Source: Octopus bimaculoides (taxonomy: Eukaryota). Taken from it: 47,678 nucleotides of DNA. The notes beneath the pieces were generated by a model that was given only the letters and a program-made list of their open reading frames with translations, was not told the origin of the DNA and searched no databases. Made by a program: the position numbers and the translations under genes. Of this stretch, positions 35,708-47,678 are shown one piece after another (position 1 is the stretch's first letter; the number at the start of each line of letters is the position of its first letter). The DNA is taken from assembly GCF_001194135.2 (NCBI RefSeq), contig NC_068982.1, positions 11,318,115-11,365,792 of the forward strand. The letters run 5' to 3'.

Positions 35708-36187
35708 CAACATTACTAATACAAAGTCTGTGTGTATTTATGTTGGTACAAAAATTGTTACTTTTACGTACACGATATCAACTGCTCAATCCCAAAACTT
35801 CGTTCAAGTAGTAATTGGGACTTGACATTGTTTAGGTTAAATAAAACCAACCTCTCAAAGTTATATTTGAATGAGATGTGCAAGTATATAAAAAAGAAAA
35901 AAAAATATGTATATGAAGAACACTGGACATACACTCAGAAATGTTTGACAAAGCCAAAAAAAATATTTCTATTTCTATGCATGTATATTCAAGAACATAT
36001 ACACACATGTACATTATTTGTATTAATACATATATATATGTATAAAGATAACCCATGCCAGCATGGAAAGCAGATGTTAAGTGACAATGATGATGATGAT
36101 GATGATGATGATATATTTATACGTGCACACATCTGCTCTAATATTGTCTCATCTGACCTATGAAGCATGACAAAGTTGATGTTCAAT

Positions 36188-36288
36188 GATACACACACAC
36201 ACATGCACGCACGCACAAGCACACACACATGTATACATGTACATACATACATACACACTCATACATATACATACACACATACATATAC

Positions 36289-36319
<31 letters not shown>

Positions 36320-36478
36320 CACACACACACACAAATATATACACACACACATATACATATATATATACACATACATACATATACACACATACATATACAC
36401 ACACATATATACACACACATATATACACACACACATATATATACACACATATACATACATATACACACACATACACAT
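36188..36478. repeat. Compound (AC)/(AT) cryptic microsatellite
   Basis: About 290 bp of mixed acac/atat. This is the source of several spurious HTHI/YVCV ORFs. Confidence 0.95.
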
Positions 36479-36811
36479 AAAAATCTCAACTGCTTAACAG
36501 AGTATTTAAGTCAAGTATTAGAAAACATTTTAAGAAAATCTAATTCCATCAAATGAAGACCTGCTGAATTCCTCTTATCAATATGGCAACTGTTTACTAC
36601 ATTTATTGCATAAAATTCTAGAAGTAAAAAAAAAAAAAAACGTATATCCTGAAATGTAAGGAATGAAGCCATTCTTCAGTTTAGAAAAACGAAGAGTAAC
36701 AGAATTGCCAGAGTACAGAGTACCAAACTAAGTACCAAGCAATATTTCATATGGTCTTATTATATTCAAAGTTTAAAACCTAAAAAGGTTGGCTTTACCA
36801 TTCCTCTTTTT

Positions 36812-37000
36812 TTCATCATTATCATTTAATGTCTACCTTCCATGCTGGCATGGGTTGGATGGTTTGACAGGAGCCGGCCTGGCAGGAGCCTGCACCAGAC
36901 TTCTGTGTCTGTCTTGGCAGGGTTTTTACAGCTGGATGCCCTTCCAAATGCCAACCACCCAGCAGAGTGGACTAAGTGCTTTTTATGTGACACAAGCAAA
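36812..37000 (-). mobile_element. Family B 3' portion
   Basis: catcattatcatttaatgtc...ccatgctggcatggg...ggatgcccttccaaatgccaacc. Confidence 0.82.
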
Positions 37001-37087
37001 ATGCATGCATTCATTAGGACCAATTCCATCTACAAACAAACATTGCCCAATTCTTAATGAAATTTATAGTCAAAATTTCATTTAACA

Positions 37088-37593
37088 GGTGTAGGAAGAA
37101 GTTTACTTCCCAACCACATGTTTCTGGGTTCAGTCCCACTGTGTGTCACCTTGGGCAAGTATCTTCTGCTATAGTCTCAGGCCGACCAAAGGTTTGGTGC
37201 ATGGATTTGGTAGATGGAAACTTGAAGAAATCTATATTTATTTATATATAGACCCAATGCTTGTGTTCCTTTTGAGTGCTGGGCCCCACGGAGGCAAAGT
37301 AGCTGAGTTCCTTTCGAGTGTTGAGCCTCACAGGGGCAATGATCGACACCTTTGGCCTTATGCCATGCTTGAGAAGACCCGTCAAGTCGAGCAAACTCAG
37401 TCATGGCAGATACTGGTGTCGTGCTAGTGACACATAAAAGCACCCATTACTCTCAGAGTGGTTGGCATTAGGAAGGGCATCCAGCCATAGAAACTATGCC
37501 AAATCAGACAGGAGTCTGGTGCAGCTTTCTAGCTCTGGTCAAACTGTCCAACCCATGCCAGCATGGACAACAGACATTAAATGATGATGATTT

Positions 37594-37628
<35 letters not shown>

Positions 37629-37830
37629 CTTTATGTTGGTCTTCCATCACTGCTTGACAACCAGTGTTGGTGTGTTTACATCCCTGTAAACACAGCAAAA
37701 GACACAAAAGACTAAGTACCAGTCTTGAGAAAAAGAAAAGTATTGGGGTTGATTCATTTGAGTAAAAATTCTTCAAGGTGGTGCCCCAGCATGACCACAG
37801 TCTAATAACTGAAACAAGTAAAAGATACAT
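37088..37830 (+). mobile_element. SINE A interrupted by a family B element (37251-37591)
   Basis: A head at 37088-37250, B body with (GAT)n tail, then the A 3' half. tttatatata lies on both sides of B. Confidence 0.85.
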
Positions 37831-39213
37831 ACACAAGAATCGATTCATTCTACAAACACACATTGCCCAAAACTTTAAACTCTTAAAAAGAAATTAGTAA
37901 ATAATTTGTAGAAGTAATAGAAATAATAAATTATTATTATTATTATTATTATTATTATGATTATGATAGATGAAAAAAAATTGTTCCAAGATTTGTTTGG
38001 AAAAAACATTGAAAGGCGGGGAAAAAACCTGTTGGTTGGGGGGGAAAGAAGAGACATAAATCGGGTCAGAAATAAATCCTGTATTCTAACAATGTACTTA
38101 GAATATATTAACATACTGAATAAACAGAGATTTGTAAAGGGATATGCATTTTAATAATCTCAACTACAAAGCTACGTTTACAAGGACGAACAGGTTACTA
38201 CTTTACAGCATGGGAGGGAAGAAGAAGAATTAGATAAATACCATAAAAGAAAAAAAAATCAGTAATAAGAGAGAAATATAACAGAAACAGAAGAAAAAAA
38301 AGAATATTGAAACAAAAGTGAGCAAGAAAGGAAGAAAAAAAAAAAGAAATAAGAGGCTTAGACAATCAAAGAGACAGACAGACAGTGATACAGTTAGAGT
38401 GAGAGGGAGTGTGTGTGTGTGTGTTTGAGAGAGAGAGAGAGATTGGAATACAGAAGAACACTCACAAAAGAGTACAGGAAGAGAGGGATAATGTTAAGAC
38501 AGTAGAAAGGGGGGGAAGAGATAGAAAAAAAGAGAGAGAGAGAAATGGTGAGAGGAAGAGAAAGAACGCTAGGAAATGTGGGAACAGTTTCATAGTAAAA
38601 ATAAGCAAATATGTTTTGTTTTGTTTTTCAACCAAATAGGTATTTCTATAAAACAGCATCTAATTGGTAAATTTAAGAAGCAGACAAAAGTTGATTTTGT
38701 TTTTGTTTGTTTGTCATTGTAAATATCAAACAAATATCACATATTCTTCAATAAGCAGAATGTTTAAAACTGTAAAACATATTACAGCCAGGCCTGTTTT
38801 CTTTATTCATTACATCAGCCTGGTGTAGTGGAGACAGGTCACAGTGGTCTTCAATATTAAATGAAACGGGGAGTGAGGTGGGGTGGGGGGAAAACATCTG
38901 CAAGCCTCTTAAAACCAGATAGATTACATAGGCATTTTATGCTTACACAAGAAAAAAATAATAAATACATACAAATATTATAAATCACATAAACACACAC
39001 ATACATGTATGTATGTATGTATGTATGTGCATGTGTCACACGCTTATAGCAATAATCAACTTTGTTGTTGAATTAATTCACACCTGGATTTCCACAGATA
39101 TTGAAATATAGATCTGGGTTTGTATTTTGAATTTATTTTTCAAAATAAAACTAATTAACACAAATGTGTATACACAGGCACAGTTTTTCTACAATTACTG
39201 TCAACATTACACA

Positions 39214-39322
<109 letters not shown>

Positions 39323-41354
39323 ATAAAGATAACTATTCTGAGAATAATTGAATATAAAATGACTTGCTAGATTATCTCCAATACCTGCTGTCAAGTTTAT
39401 AGAAATGAAATAGTAGGTCAACAACACAGCAGCAGAACTCAGAACAACCAATTTGCAAAGGAGGTTGGTGAGCTCATAACATTTCAATAGCACACAAGCA
39501 AAAGCCATTGAAATGAAACGGCATGTATATAACCCAAGTACTCCACAAGATAAACAAACTAACAACAACAAAAAAATGGCCTGAAAAACACTTTAAAAAA
39601 AAAAAAAAATGAACACAGAAACAAAATGTTTATACAAAATTATTTTAAATTAAACATGTAACTCTGTATAAAGAAGAAAAAAAATATACCAAATCTTTCT
39701 CATTAAAATAAAATGTGGAGTCTATATAATTAAATGTGATTGCATCGGGACAGACTTAGCATTAGAAATTGTACTCAGTTGACCTAACAAAAAATAAACT
39801 CACATACCTAAAAGTAAGAATTAAAAAAAAGACTATGTAGTTATTTTCAAAGAAAGTGCTTAATGTGAATCAATGTAAATTTTTCTTAAAATTTTCTAAC
39901 TTTTAATGGTAACTGAAAACTAAAGTTTTTTTTTTTTTTTAACCTACTCAGAGTTTATAAAGTTTTAAGTTACCAGTAGATAAGACTATTTAGAGTTATT
40001 TCTATGCAATTAAAAACTAATTAAAATCTCAATTTATGTAATCATAATGTCTTAATTACACATACAGAGATTCAATGGTGAGTCACTAAGTATCAACTAT
40101 CATCTATTTCTAAAGGTGAAAATATTTTATTCATATAATCAAAGAAAAAAAAAAACAACTCAATTGAAATATGTCTACAGACAGAATGAAACCAACTCCA
40201 GACTGCTTTTGTTAAACTAAATTTTTAAAGTTTATTAAATCTAAATTAGATGCTTAAAGTATCACAAGACATTTGACAAGCAGTGATATTAAATGTATAA
40301 TTGTGAATATAAAAATTCTTAAGAATATTAATATTCTATAAAATAATAAAATAAGGTTTGATATTACCAATTAAAATTTGATATCAAGTTACAATTTCAT
40401 AATTCAAACATAATCCAAAATTAAATAAAAAAATTATTGCGATAATAAAAAAAAATTGATTTGGTAAATTATACTATATATTTATTTAGACTTAAAACCA
40501 TAATAGAATTAAATAAAATGATTTTCAAAAATAACAAACAATATATTACTTTAGAAAAATATTTGAAACTAAAACTGAAAAGAAAAATATTTACACTCGT
40601 TTGTATCGCATATTAAAGTTACTTCCCTTAGGTATTCATTGAGTGCTTAGGTATTTATAACAACATAATTTCGTATTAAAAATAAAAGCTATCAATAGAG
40701 CCTGGCTAAAGAAGAAGAAAAAAGAAAGAAAGAAAGAAAAACGTAGTAATTTATTAAATTCTATTCAGCTGTAATTCTAAACACTATACTTCACACTTTT
40801 GTAATCAATAATTCTACACAAGAAACACAAAAGATCTCTGCAAGTATCAACGATGTAAAAGTATTAAAGAAAAAAAAAAGCTCAATATATGCTCAAATAT
40901 CTCGACATATTTCCATCTATCGTTACTAAAAAGAATGCTATGAGAAAGCATTGAGAAATAAAAAAAAAATGTGTGTGCCTACTGACTAAGAGAAATTGGC
41001 AGGCAGGAAAGATAGCATAGTTGTTATGAGGATAGTATCATACCTAAGTAATTTTAACATTCTACAGTTATTCAAGGAAATGGCTATCATATTTAGGGCA
41101 ATTAATAGGAAAATTGATAATTAGTTTGTATTTCAGTTTTGAAAAACAACTTTTTCTTTCTTTCTTCTTTTGTTTTTTTTTAAAGATTACCATCAAATTA
41201 ATATTAGCTCATTTTTTAACATTTTATAGAAGGAAGAATAGATAAGTCTAGATAATGAATGTTCTCAGTAGGCAGGAAAAGATTGAAAAATGTGGGAACT
41301 TGAGACCAAGAGGAAATTGCTTTTGTCAGTAAGATAAAATGTGTTTACAAAAGG

Positions 41355-41545
41355 AGATTATATATATATGTATATATATATTCACACATACATGTGTGTG
41401 TATGTATGTACATATGTATATTACACACACACAAATACATATAGACACACTTACACACACATAGACACTTACACACACACACACAGAGACACTTACACAC
41501 ACACACACACATATATATATATGAATGTATATATGAATGTAAACA
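41355..41545. repeat. Compound AT/TG/AC microsatellite
   Basis: Direct observation. Confidence 0.9.
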
Positions 41546-42669
41546 TACACTATCATTTTCCCACCCACCTAATTAGCTATAAAAAAACTTCTAAGTAATA
41601 TTTCATAAATTTTCACATTTTGTAAAAATTTATTTCAATATATATATATTATACACACACACACAATGGAAAATATCTTACTAATAATTGTTTTAAATAT
41701 TATTATTATTATTAATATTATTATTATTATTACATACACACTGAAGACTTGATTTAAATAACAGCTGATTGAAAAAATTGTAGTTGTAGTCGATTATTGA
41801 GAACTAGCTTGCTGAGAGGAAGTAGATAATATAGAGTTTGAGCAGGTTTTCAACACAAATAGCTTGGCAGGGGTGGTGGGATAGTGGGATGATGGTGGTG
41901 GCACTAATGAAGGGATGACAAAATTGTTTGACTGATTTTAATTATTTCCAAGTAATATTACCAAACATTTAAAACAATGCACAACCATAAATAACTGAAT
42001 CTATCTGCATGGCTTTCATAAGGAAAAATAAAATATTGAGAAGTTTTCTTAATAATACATTTAGAAAAAAAAAAAGGGTAATATGAGGAAATTAATAGCC
42101 TTGTTTTGTAATGCTTGATTACTAGGTTATTTCAGTTAAATGTTTTTTTGTTTTGTTATTTTTATTACATCTATGAGATACAATCTGAAAATGAAGAAAT
42201 GAAACAAGGAAGCTCTACTTAGAAGTTAATTGGGTCTCGTTTCACCAGGCAAATTCTATTTCTATAAACTGGAAACATATACCATGCTTAAGTGCAAAAT
42301 ATACTCCAAAGGAAAGATATAATACCCCCCCCCCCCCCCAAAAAAAAATGCGTAAAAATATCAAATATCTTTAAATCTTATTTATCAAGTTCTAAAAAAA
42401 ATTTCTGGATACAGTAAACATTTAAAAGATAGTGAAATATACTTCAATCATGCTTGAACAAATATCACTAGTTTAATGTTCATTTTTCTATGGTTTCATG
42501 GGTTTCTAAGACAAAAAAAAATGAAAATGCATATCTGATTAATTTAATGTGTAGTACAGACATTCAGAAAGTTATTTGCCATGAAAAAAAATCTACAAAA
42601 TTATCTATCATTTTATCATTGCCTGATTTTTGAATGGATGAATCCATCAGAACATGTAATATTTTATAC

Positions 42670-42695
42670 ATGTATACACACACACACACACACAT

Positions 42696-42729
<34 letters not shown>

Positions 42730-43149
42730 ATATACATATACACACATATATATATACACATATATACATATATACACACATATTCATACATATTTATATA
42801 CACATATTTATACATATATATATACACACATATTTATATATATACATATACACATATTTATACATATATATATATACACATATACATACACACATATATA
42901 CATACACACACACACATATATATATATACATATACACATATATATACATATACAAACGCATATATATACACATATACAAACGCATATATATACACATATA
43001 TACATCCACACATACATACACAATAAAAGTTTGAAAATAGAATTGTAAAAAAAATTACAAGCTGAAAAAATTGCCTCAAGTGCATACTCCCCCTCCATGA
43101 GTGCATGTTTGTGCATATATATGCACACATACATACACACACATATGTA

Positions 43150-43195
<46 letters not shown>

Positions 43196-43200
43196 GCATA
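42670..43200. repeat. Long compound (AC)/(AT) microsatellite region
   Basis: About 350 bp of mixed repeats plus a (TA)n run near 43150-43190. Confidence 0.93.
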
Positions 43201-44149
43201 TTTATATAACTTGATACAAAAACGAGTCTTTAAATTATTTCATATTACACCCCGCATCTAACATAACTGAAATATATTTTCTATATTCATTTCACAGATT
43301 ACTAATGAAAAAAAAAAGAAAAGTGTCTAAGTAATACAAGCCTTTTAGTAACCAAATCGCTGATATAATTACAGGTTTAGACTTATAGGAGAAAAGAAAG
43401 AAGGAAGCAGTAGAATGACTGATAAAGCAAACTTTCAGTTGTACATAAAACATTTTTTTTTACTTCAGAAACATATGGCATAAATAAATTCAGTGCTCTG
43501 AAAACTAGGTTAGTAAAACAATTTTGGTCAATAAAAAGAAAATTGCAGGGAGATTTAAAGAATATATTTATAGAGAAATACTGAAATGTTTTAATGTTTA
43601 ATATAAAGTGGGATGGGAGATTTACAATCTTTCTTTTTCTTTTTTCTTTTCAAATAAAAAGGGAAAAAGTTTTAAATAAGATTTTTTTCATCACATTTTG
43701 TTTTAAAATATTTCATGGTAAAATAATTATCAATATTTTGTAAAAAAGTTTATAATACTTAAAAAAAAAAAAGTTTCTTTTTTTTTAATAAATGAAAAAG
43801 AAAAAAATTTAGCACTTTTTATTTCTGTTCAAAAGTTTTCAAGTATCATTTTACAACAGAAAATAAATATCTTTAGGCAATTGTTCCAGCTCTGAGTTCA
43901 AATTCTGTCAAGTTTAGCTATCTGTGTATCATACTCAAAGCAGACACATTATTTAAAGCCTTCTAAACTGCAGTATTTGTCTCAGGAAAGCACCTTTTAT
44001 AGACACAGTTATGATACACAAATTGTTATTTTCAACTGATACAGTTCTTGTCAATAATAACCTATCAAGCTTGTTCTTCATCCTTTCGGAGTTGATTAAA
44101 ATATAATACCAGTCTCATACAGAGATTCAACATTATTAACTAACTCCAT

Positions 44150-44358
44150 TAAGGCTGTGAGCTGACAGAAACATTAGCATGCCAGGCAAAATGCTTAGCG
44201 GCATTTCATCTGAGTTCAAATCTCGCCAAGGTCAACTTTGCCTTTCATCATTTCGGGGTCGATAAATTAAGTACCAGTTGCATACTGGGGTCAATCTAAT
44301 CGACTGGCCCTCTCTCCCCAAAATTTTCAAGCCTTGTGCCTAGAGTAGAAAAGATTAT
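44150..44358 (+). mobile_element. SINE family C, near full length
   Basis: gagctgacagaaacattagcatgcc...gagttcaaatctc...gggtcgataaattaagtaccagttgcatactgggg...gtagaaaagattatt. Confidence 0.88.
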
Positions 44359-44617
44359 TAACTCCTTTCTCTCAAAATTGCTGCCTTTCTGTCTAAATTA
44401 CAAATTTTTCAAAAAGAGAAAAAAACTCAAAAACAATTTATTCTACAATTTAACTTTTTTTTTTTTATTTGTTCTCTTTTATCAATTAATTTTATATCAA
44501 TTTTGAAAATAATCAAGAATTCCATTATTAAGCTGGTTTTGGAAGAGAATATAAATTCTTACATGAAATCCTTCCTGGATGGAAGGGTTCTTAAATCTAA
44601 ATACGAATGCTTTAAAA

Positions 44618-45231
44618 TAGTGATTCTCAACTGGTGGTCCATGTGACCCCTTTAAGGGACCATATAAAATTCTGTTGTTAAAATTTATCAGCAATGAACT
44701 GGTTATATACTTTTACAATACTCTTTTACTTGTTTCAGTCATTTGACTGCGGCCATGCTGGAGCACCGCCTTTAGTTGAGCAAATCGACCCCAGGACTTA
44801 GTCTTTGTAAGCCTAGTACTTATTCTATTGGTCACCTTTGCCGAACCGCTAAGTTACGGGGACATAAACACACCAGCATAGGTTGTCAAGCGATGCTGGG
44901 GGGGGGGGGACAAACATACACACACATATATATATATATATATACAGATATACGACGGGCTTCTTTCAGTTTCCATCTACCAAATTTACTCACAAGGCTT
45001 TGGTCGGCCCAAGGCTATAGTAGAAGACACTTGCCCAAGGTGCCATGCAATGGGAATGAACTCGGAACCATGTGGTTGGTAAGCAAGCTACTTACCACAC
45101 ACAATTCCTAATAATATCTAATTACAAAAATATAAGATTTTTTAAACATCAAATGGTTATGAGGATCCACCCGAATAATATAGGAGTCAAAAGGAGTCCG
45201 GAGGGGAAAATGGTTGAGAACTGAACTGTTG
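44618..45231. mobile_element. hAT-like MITE with a young SINE A (44720-45102, minus) nested inside
   Basis: Left TIR tagtgattctcaac, right ggttgagaac..., and ctttaaaa on both flanks. The halves match 23145-23412. Confidence 0.85.
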
Positions 45232-45324
45232 CTTTAAAAGAAGCATTTTTCTTTATATCTTTAGAACCAGATGAATTTCTAGGTGAATTAGTATCATAAA
45301 AGATTACAACAAAAAGCTTTATAA

Positions 45325-45495
45325 TAAATATTGGTTTCAAATTTTGGTACAGGAGCAAAGTCAATTACATCGTCCCCAGTGCGCAACTTATCCTTTATCG
45401 ACCCTGAAAGGCTGAATTTGAAATAAAAATGTAAACATGGAAGAAATGCCAGTAAGAATTTTGCTTGATGTGCTAACAATTCTGCTAGCTTGATG
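45325..45495 (-). mobile_element. SINE family C, diverged
   Basis: ggtttcaaattttggtac...tttatcgaccctgaaagg...tgctaacaattctgctagct. Confidence 0.75.
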
Positions 45496-45986
45496 CCTTA
45501 ACTTTATGATAAATATCAAAGAAAGAAAAATAGAGCCATTGCAACAACTAAAATTAATCAAAATCAATTTTATGATTTTGAGGTTTTTTTAGAGCTTAAA
45601 TTTCTTCTAAATGATCTCAAAATTCAATTTCCTGCATTTCCATTATTTGAAAATATGAATATAATTCAAACTTAATTGTAAATAATAAGTGTTATGAAGT
45701 AAAGTTACGAAAAGTCAATCATAACTAAATATAATTACAGAACCACAGAGTGTGTGTGTGCGTGCGCACACAAATTATTGTTGCCAACAAAACTTTATTT
45801 ATTATTTTTTTTTTGAAAACTGATGTTTTAAGAAGACAAGCTATGACAGAATTTAATAAAAAAGCATAGATCTATGTAAACTATTGGTATGGTAATCACA
45901 AATTACAGAGGTTATATCAACAGCTGTTGGGGAGGCGTTCTCAAAGACTACTTTTAAAAATCTAATGAAGTGGTGACTGTTTAACC

Positions 45987-46312
45987 TGGTGGATCTCAAC
46001 TGGGTTCTGGTCCATGTAAGAGTTTTGGATGTCTACACAAGCAAACTAGTAAATTGGGGACCAACAGTAGTATTTTAAAGGTATGTTAAAAAATTTGGTT
46101 ACATGTATTTATTGCAAGAAATAACTAGATTTCTTTCTCTAATGTTTCATATAGTTTTCAACCCACACAAGTTCATGCGTGATAAACAAAATAAGAATTT
46201 TGAAAGAAATGTCTATAAAATTAATCTTTAAACATCAAATGGTGATCAGGGTGTGGGTGTGGAGGTCCACTGGGATAAAATAGGGATCAGAGAGATCCAT
46301 AGGTAAAAATGG
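45987..46312. mobile_element. hAT-like MITE relative, degenerate
   Basis: ctggtggatctcaactgg ... ggtccactgggataaaatagggatcag...ccataggtaaaaatgg, similar to the reverse of 6616-6700. Confidence 0.55.
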
Positions 46313-47678
46313 GGGGGGGGGAAACTAGTCTAACCCTCTGACCATACCCAACCCTACTCCACCCTGTCATTTAAAAAAAAGCATTTTTTTAATCTTGAAT
46401 CTATGAAGATGAGACATGATTAATTGAAAAAAATGTAAATAAATAAACATTACATTTAGCAGAAAAGTTTGAATTCTAAAGAATTAAAATGGTAAATTAA
46501 CAAAATTAAATTGTGAAAATCCCTTAAATAAAATGTTTCTTTCATACTAAGTTTTGAAAGTATACTAAAATAAACTGACTGTGGTCACCACAATTAAAAT
46601 TAAACCAGAGAATATAAGTGTAGGAGGAAATACAAGATTTTTTTTTTAAGTCAGAAGAAAAGAGAAAGTTATGACTCCTGTTAGATTAAACAAGAGAAAT
46701 GTAAATGAGAGGTAACTTAAGGAAACGAATATACCTCAATAATTAGTTGATGATATTTTATATTATCTTCAATTTAGAAATGAAAAGTTAACCACAACAA
46801 TGATGGCAAGAACATAAAAAAAAAACAACAAAATATTAAGTAAACAAGATGAAAGACGGACACTCTGGGTAAAGTAATCAATATTTTTCAGATTGCAAGC
46901 GAAAGGAAAATTGAAACTTATTCATCTCAATACAGTCAATTAATGAAAATCAAATTTTACAGAAAAATGAATGCAATTTCTAATCAGCAACAAATAAAAG
47001 ATAATTAGAATCGGAGCAAGTTCAAAAATTAAAATGAACCAAGTATTGAAAAATAATGTTATTGGAAATAACTTGATTTTATTATTATTATTATTATTAT
47101 TATTAATTTCTTTTTGTTTTTTTTTAGTTTAGTTTAAAATGTAGAAGGAAAAAATTCCAAGCTAAAAATTACAAAATTTTGAAAATTATATATTAGAAAT
47201 TTTTATCATTATATGTATATATAAAACCTTTCACCAAAAAAAAACAAAAAATAATAATAAATAAACATATTGAAATAGTAGGATTACGAATTGAATTGAG
47301 TACAAACTCCATTTTATTTGAAAATGTGACATTCACATGATAGCTTTTCCTAATTCAGTAAATGCAACAATCAAATAAAGGCATATTCTAAATTCATACA
47401 AAAGCTCTTTGTTAAACTGGTTATGTCTACAGAGAAGTATTACAACTTGCTAAATGCTACGTTCATAAGGGGATTGGAAATGTAAAAAAAAATATATATA
47501 TTTTTAAGGTTCAACATATGCAAATGAAAAAAAAATAGCAAAAATAACAAATTAACAAGGAATTCAATAACACCACCTCATATAACAGAAGTAAAAAGGA
47601 AAAAATTAATTTATCTTAGATATTCCTATATTTTTGCTACCGCACAAAAGATAGCTTTTAAATGTTAATACCCTAAAA

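Noticed and set aside
45294-45479. ORF containing YYKAF as the missing ARID5B exon 2 (FYKAF)
   Set aside because: It overlaps a SINE C copy and its tail, lacks the WVG/PC/HG and YFLPEDTP context, and has no fitting splice sites.

Overview
AT-rich eukaryotic genomic DNA with six N-gaps. It is probably an octopus (coleoid cephalopod), inferred from the tRNA-derived SINE families and very dense microsatellites. The window holds one protein-coding gene on the minus strand, an ARID5B-type chromatin/transcription factor. Nine GT-AG exons assembled by hand (27953-27737, 21954-21724, 19464-19325, 17574-17430, 12314-12262, 9381-9284, 6210-6060, 4718-4641, 4251-2791) join in one open frame of 2574 nt / 858 codons. 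They encode the C-terminal part of the N-terminal BAH-like region, the KGRPRKKK motif, the full ARID domain and a long S/P-rich tail with a PTDLS motif. The 5'-most exons are not found here (upstream intron >19.7 kb, or hidden in a gap), and the terminal exon is ambiguous. The introns are filled with tRNA-SINEs, (GAT)n-tailed retroposons, TTAA-type and hAT-type MITEs, a CR1-like LINE remnant and microsatellites. The best second-look items are a tRNA-headed SINE carrying a minimal hammerhead ribozyme motif in the gene-sense orientation, an in-frame 99-nt candidate cassette exon, a candidate alternative first exon born in that SINE's tail, a perfect 22-bp-arm palindrome and a tandem SINE array filling one intron. 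There is no CRISPR array, rRNA, true tRNA gene or prokaryotic system. Repeat boundaries are approximate and the family letters are my own labels.
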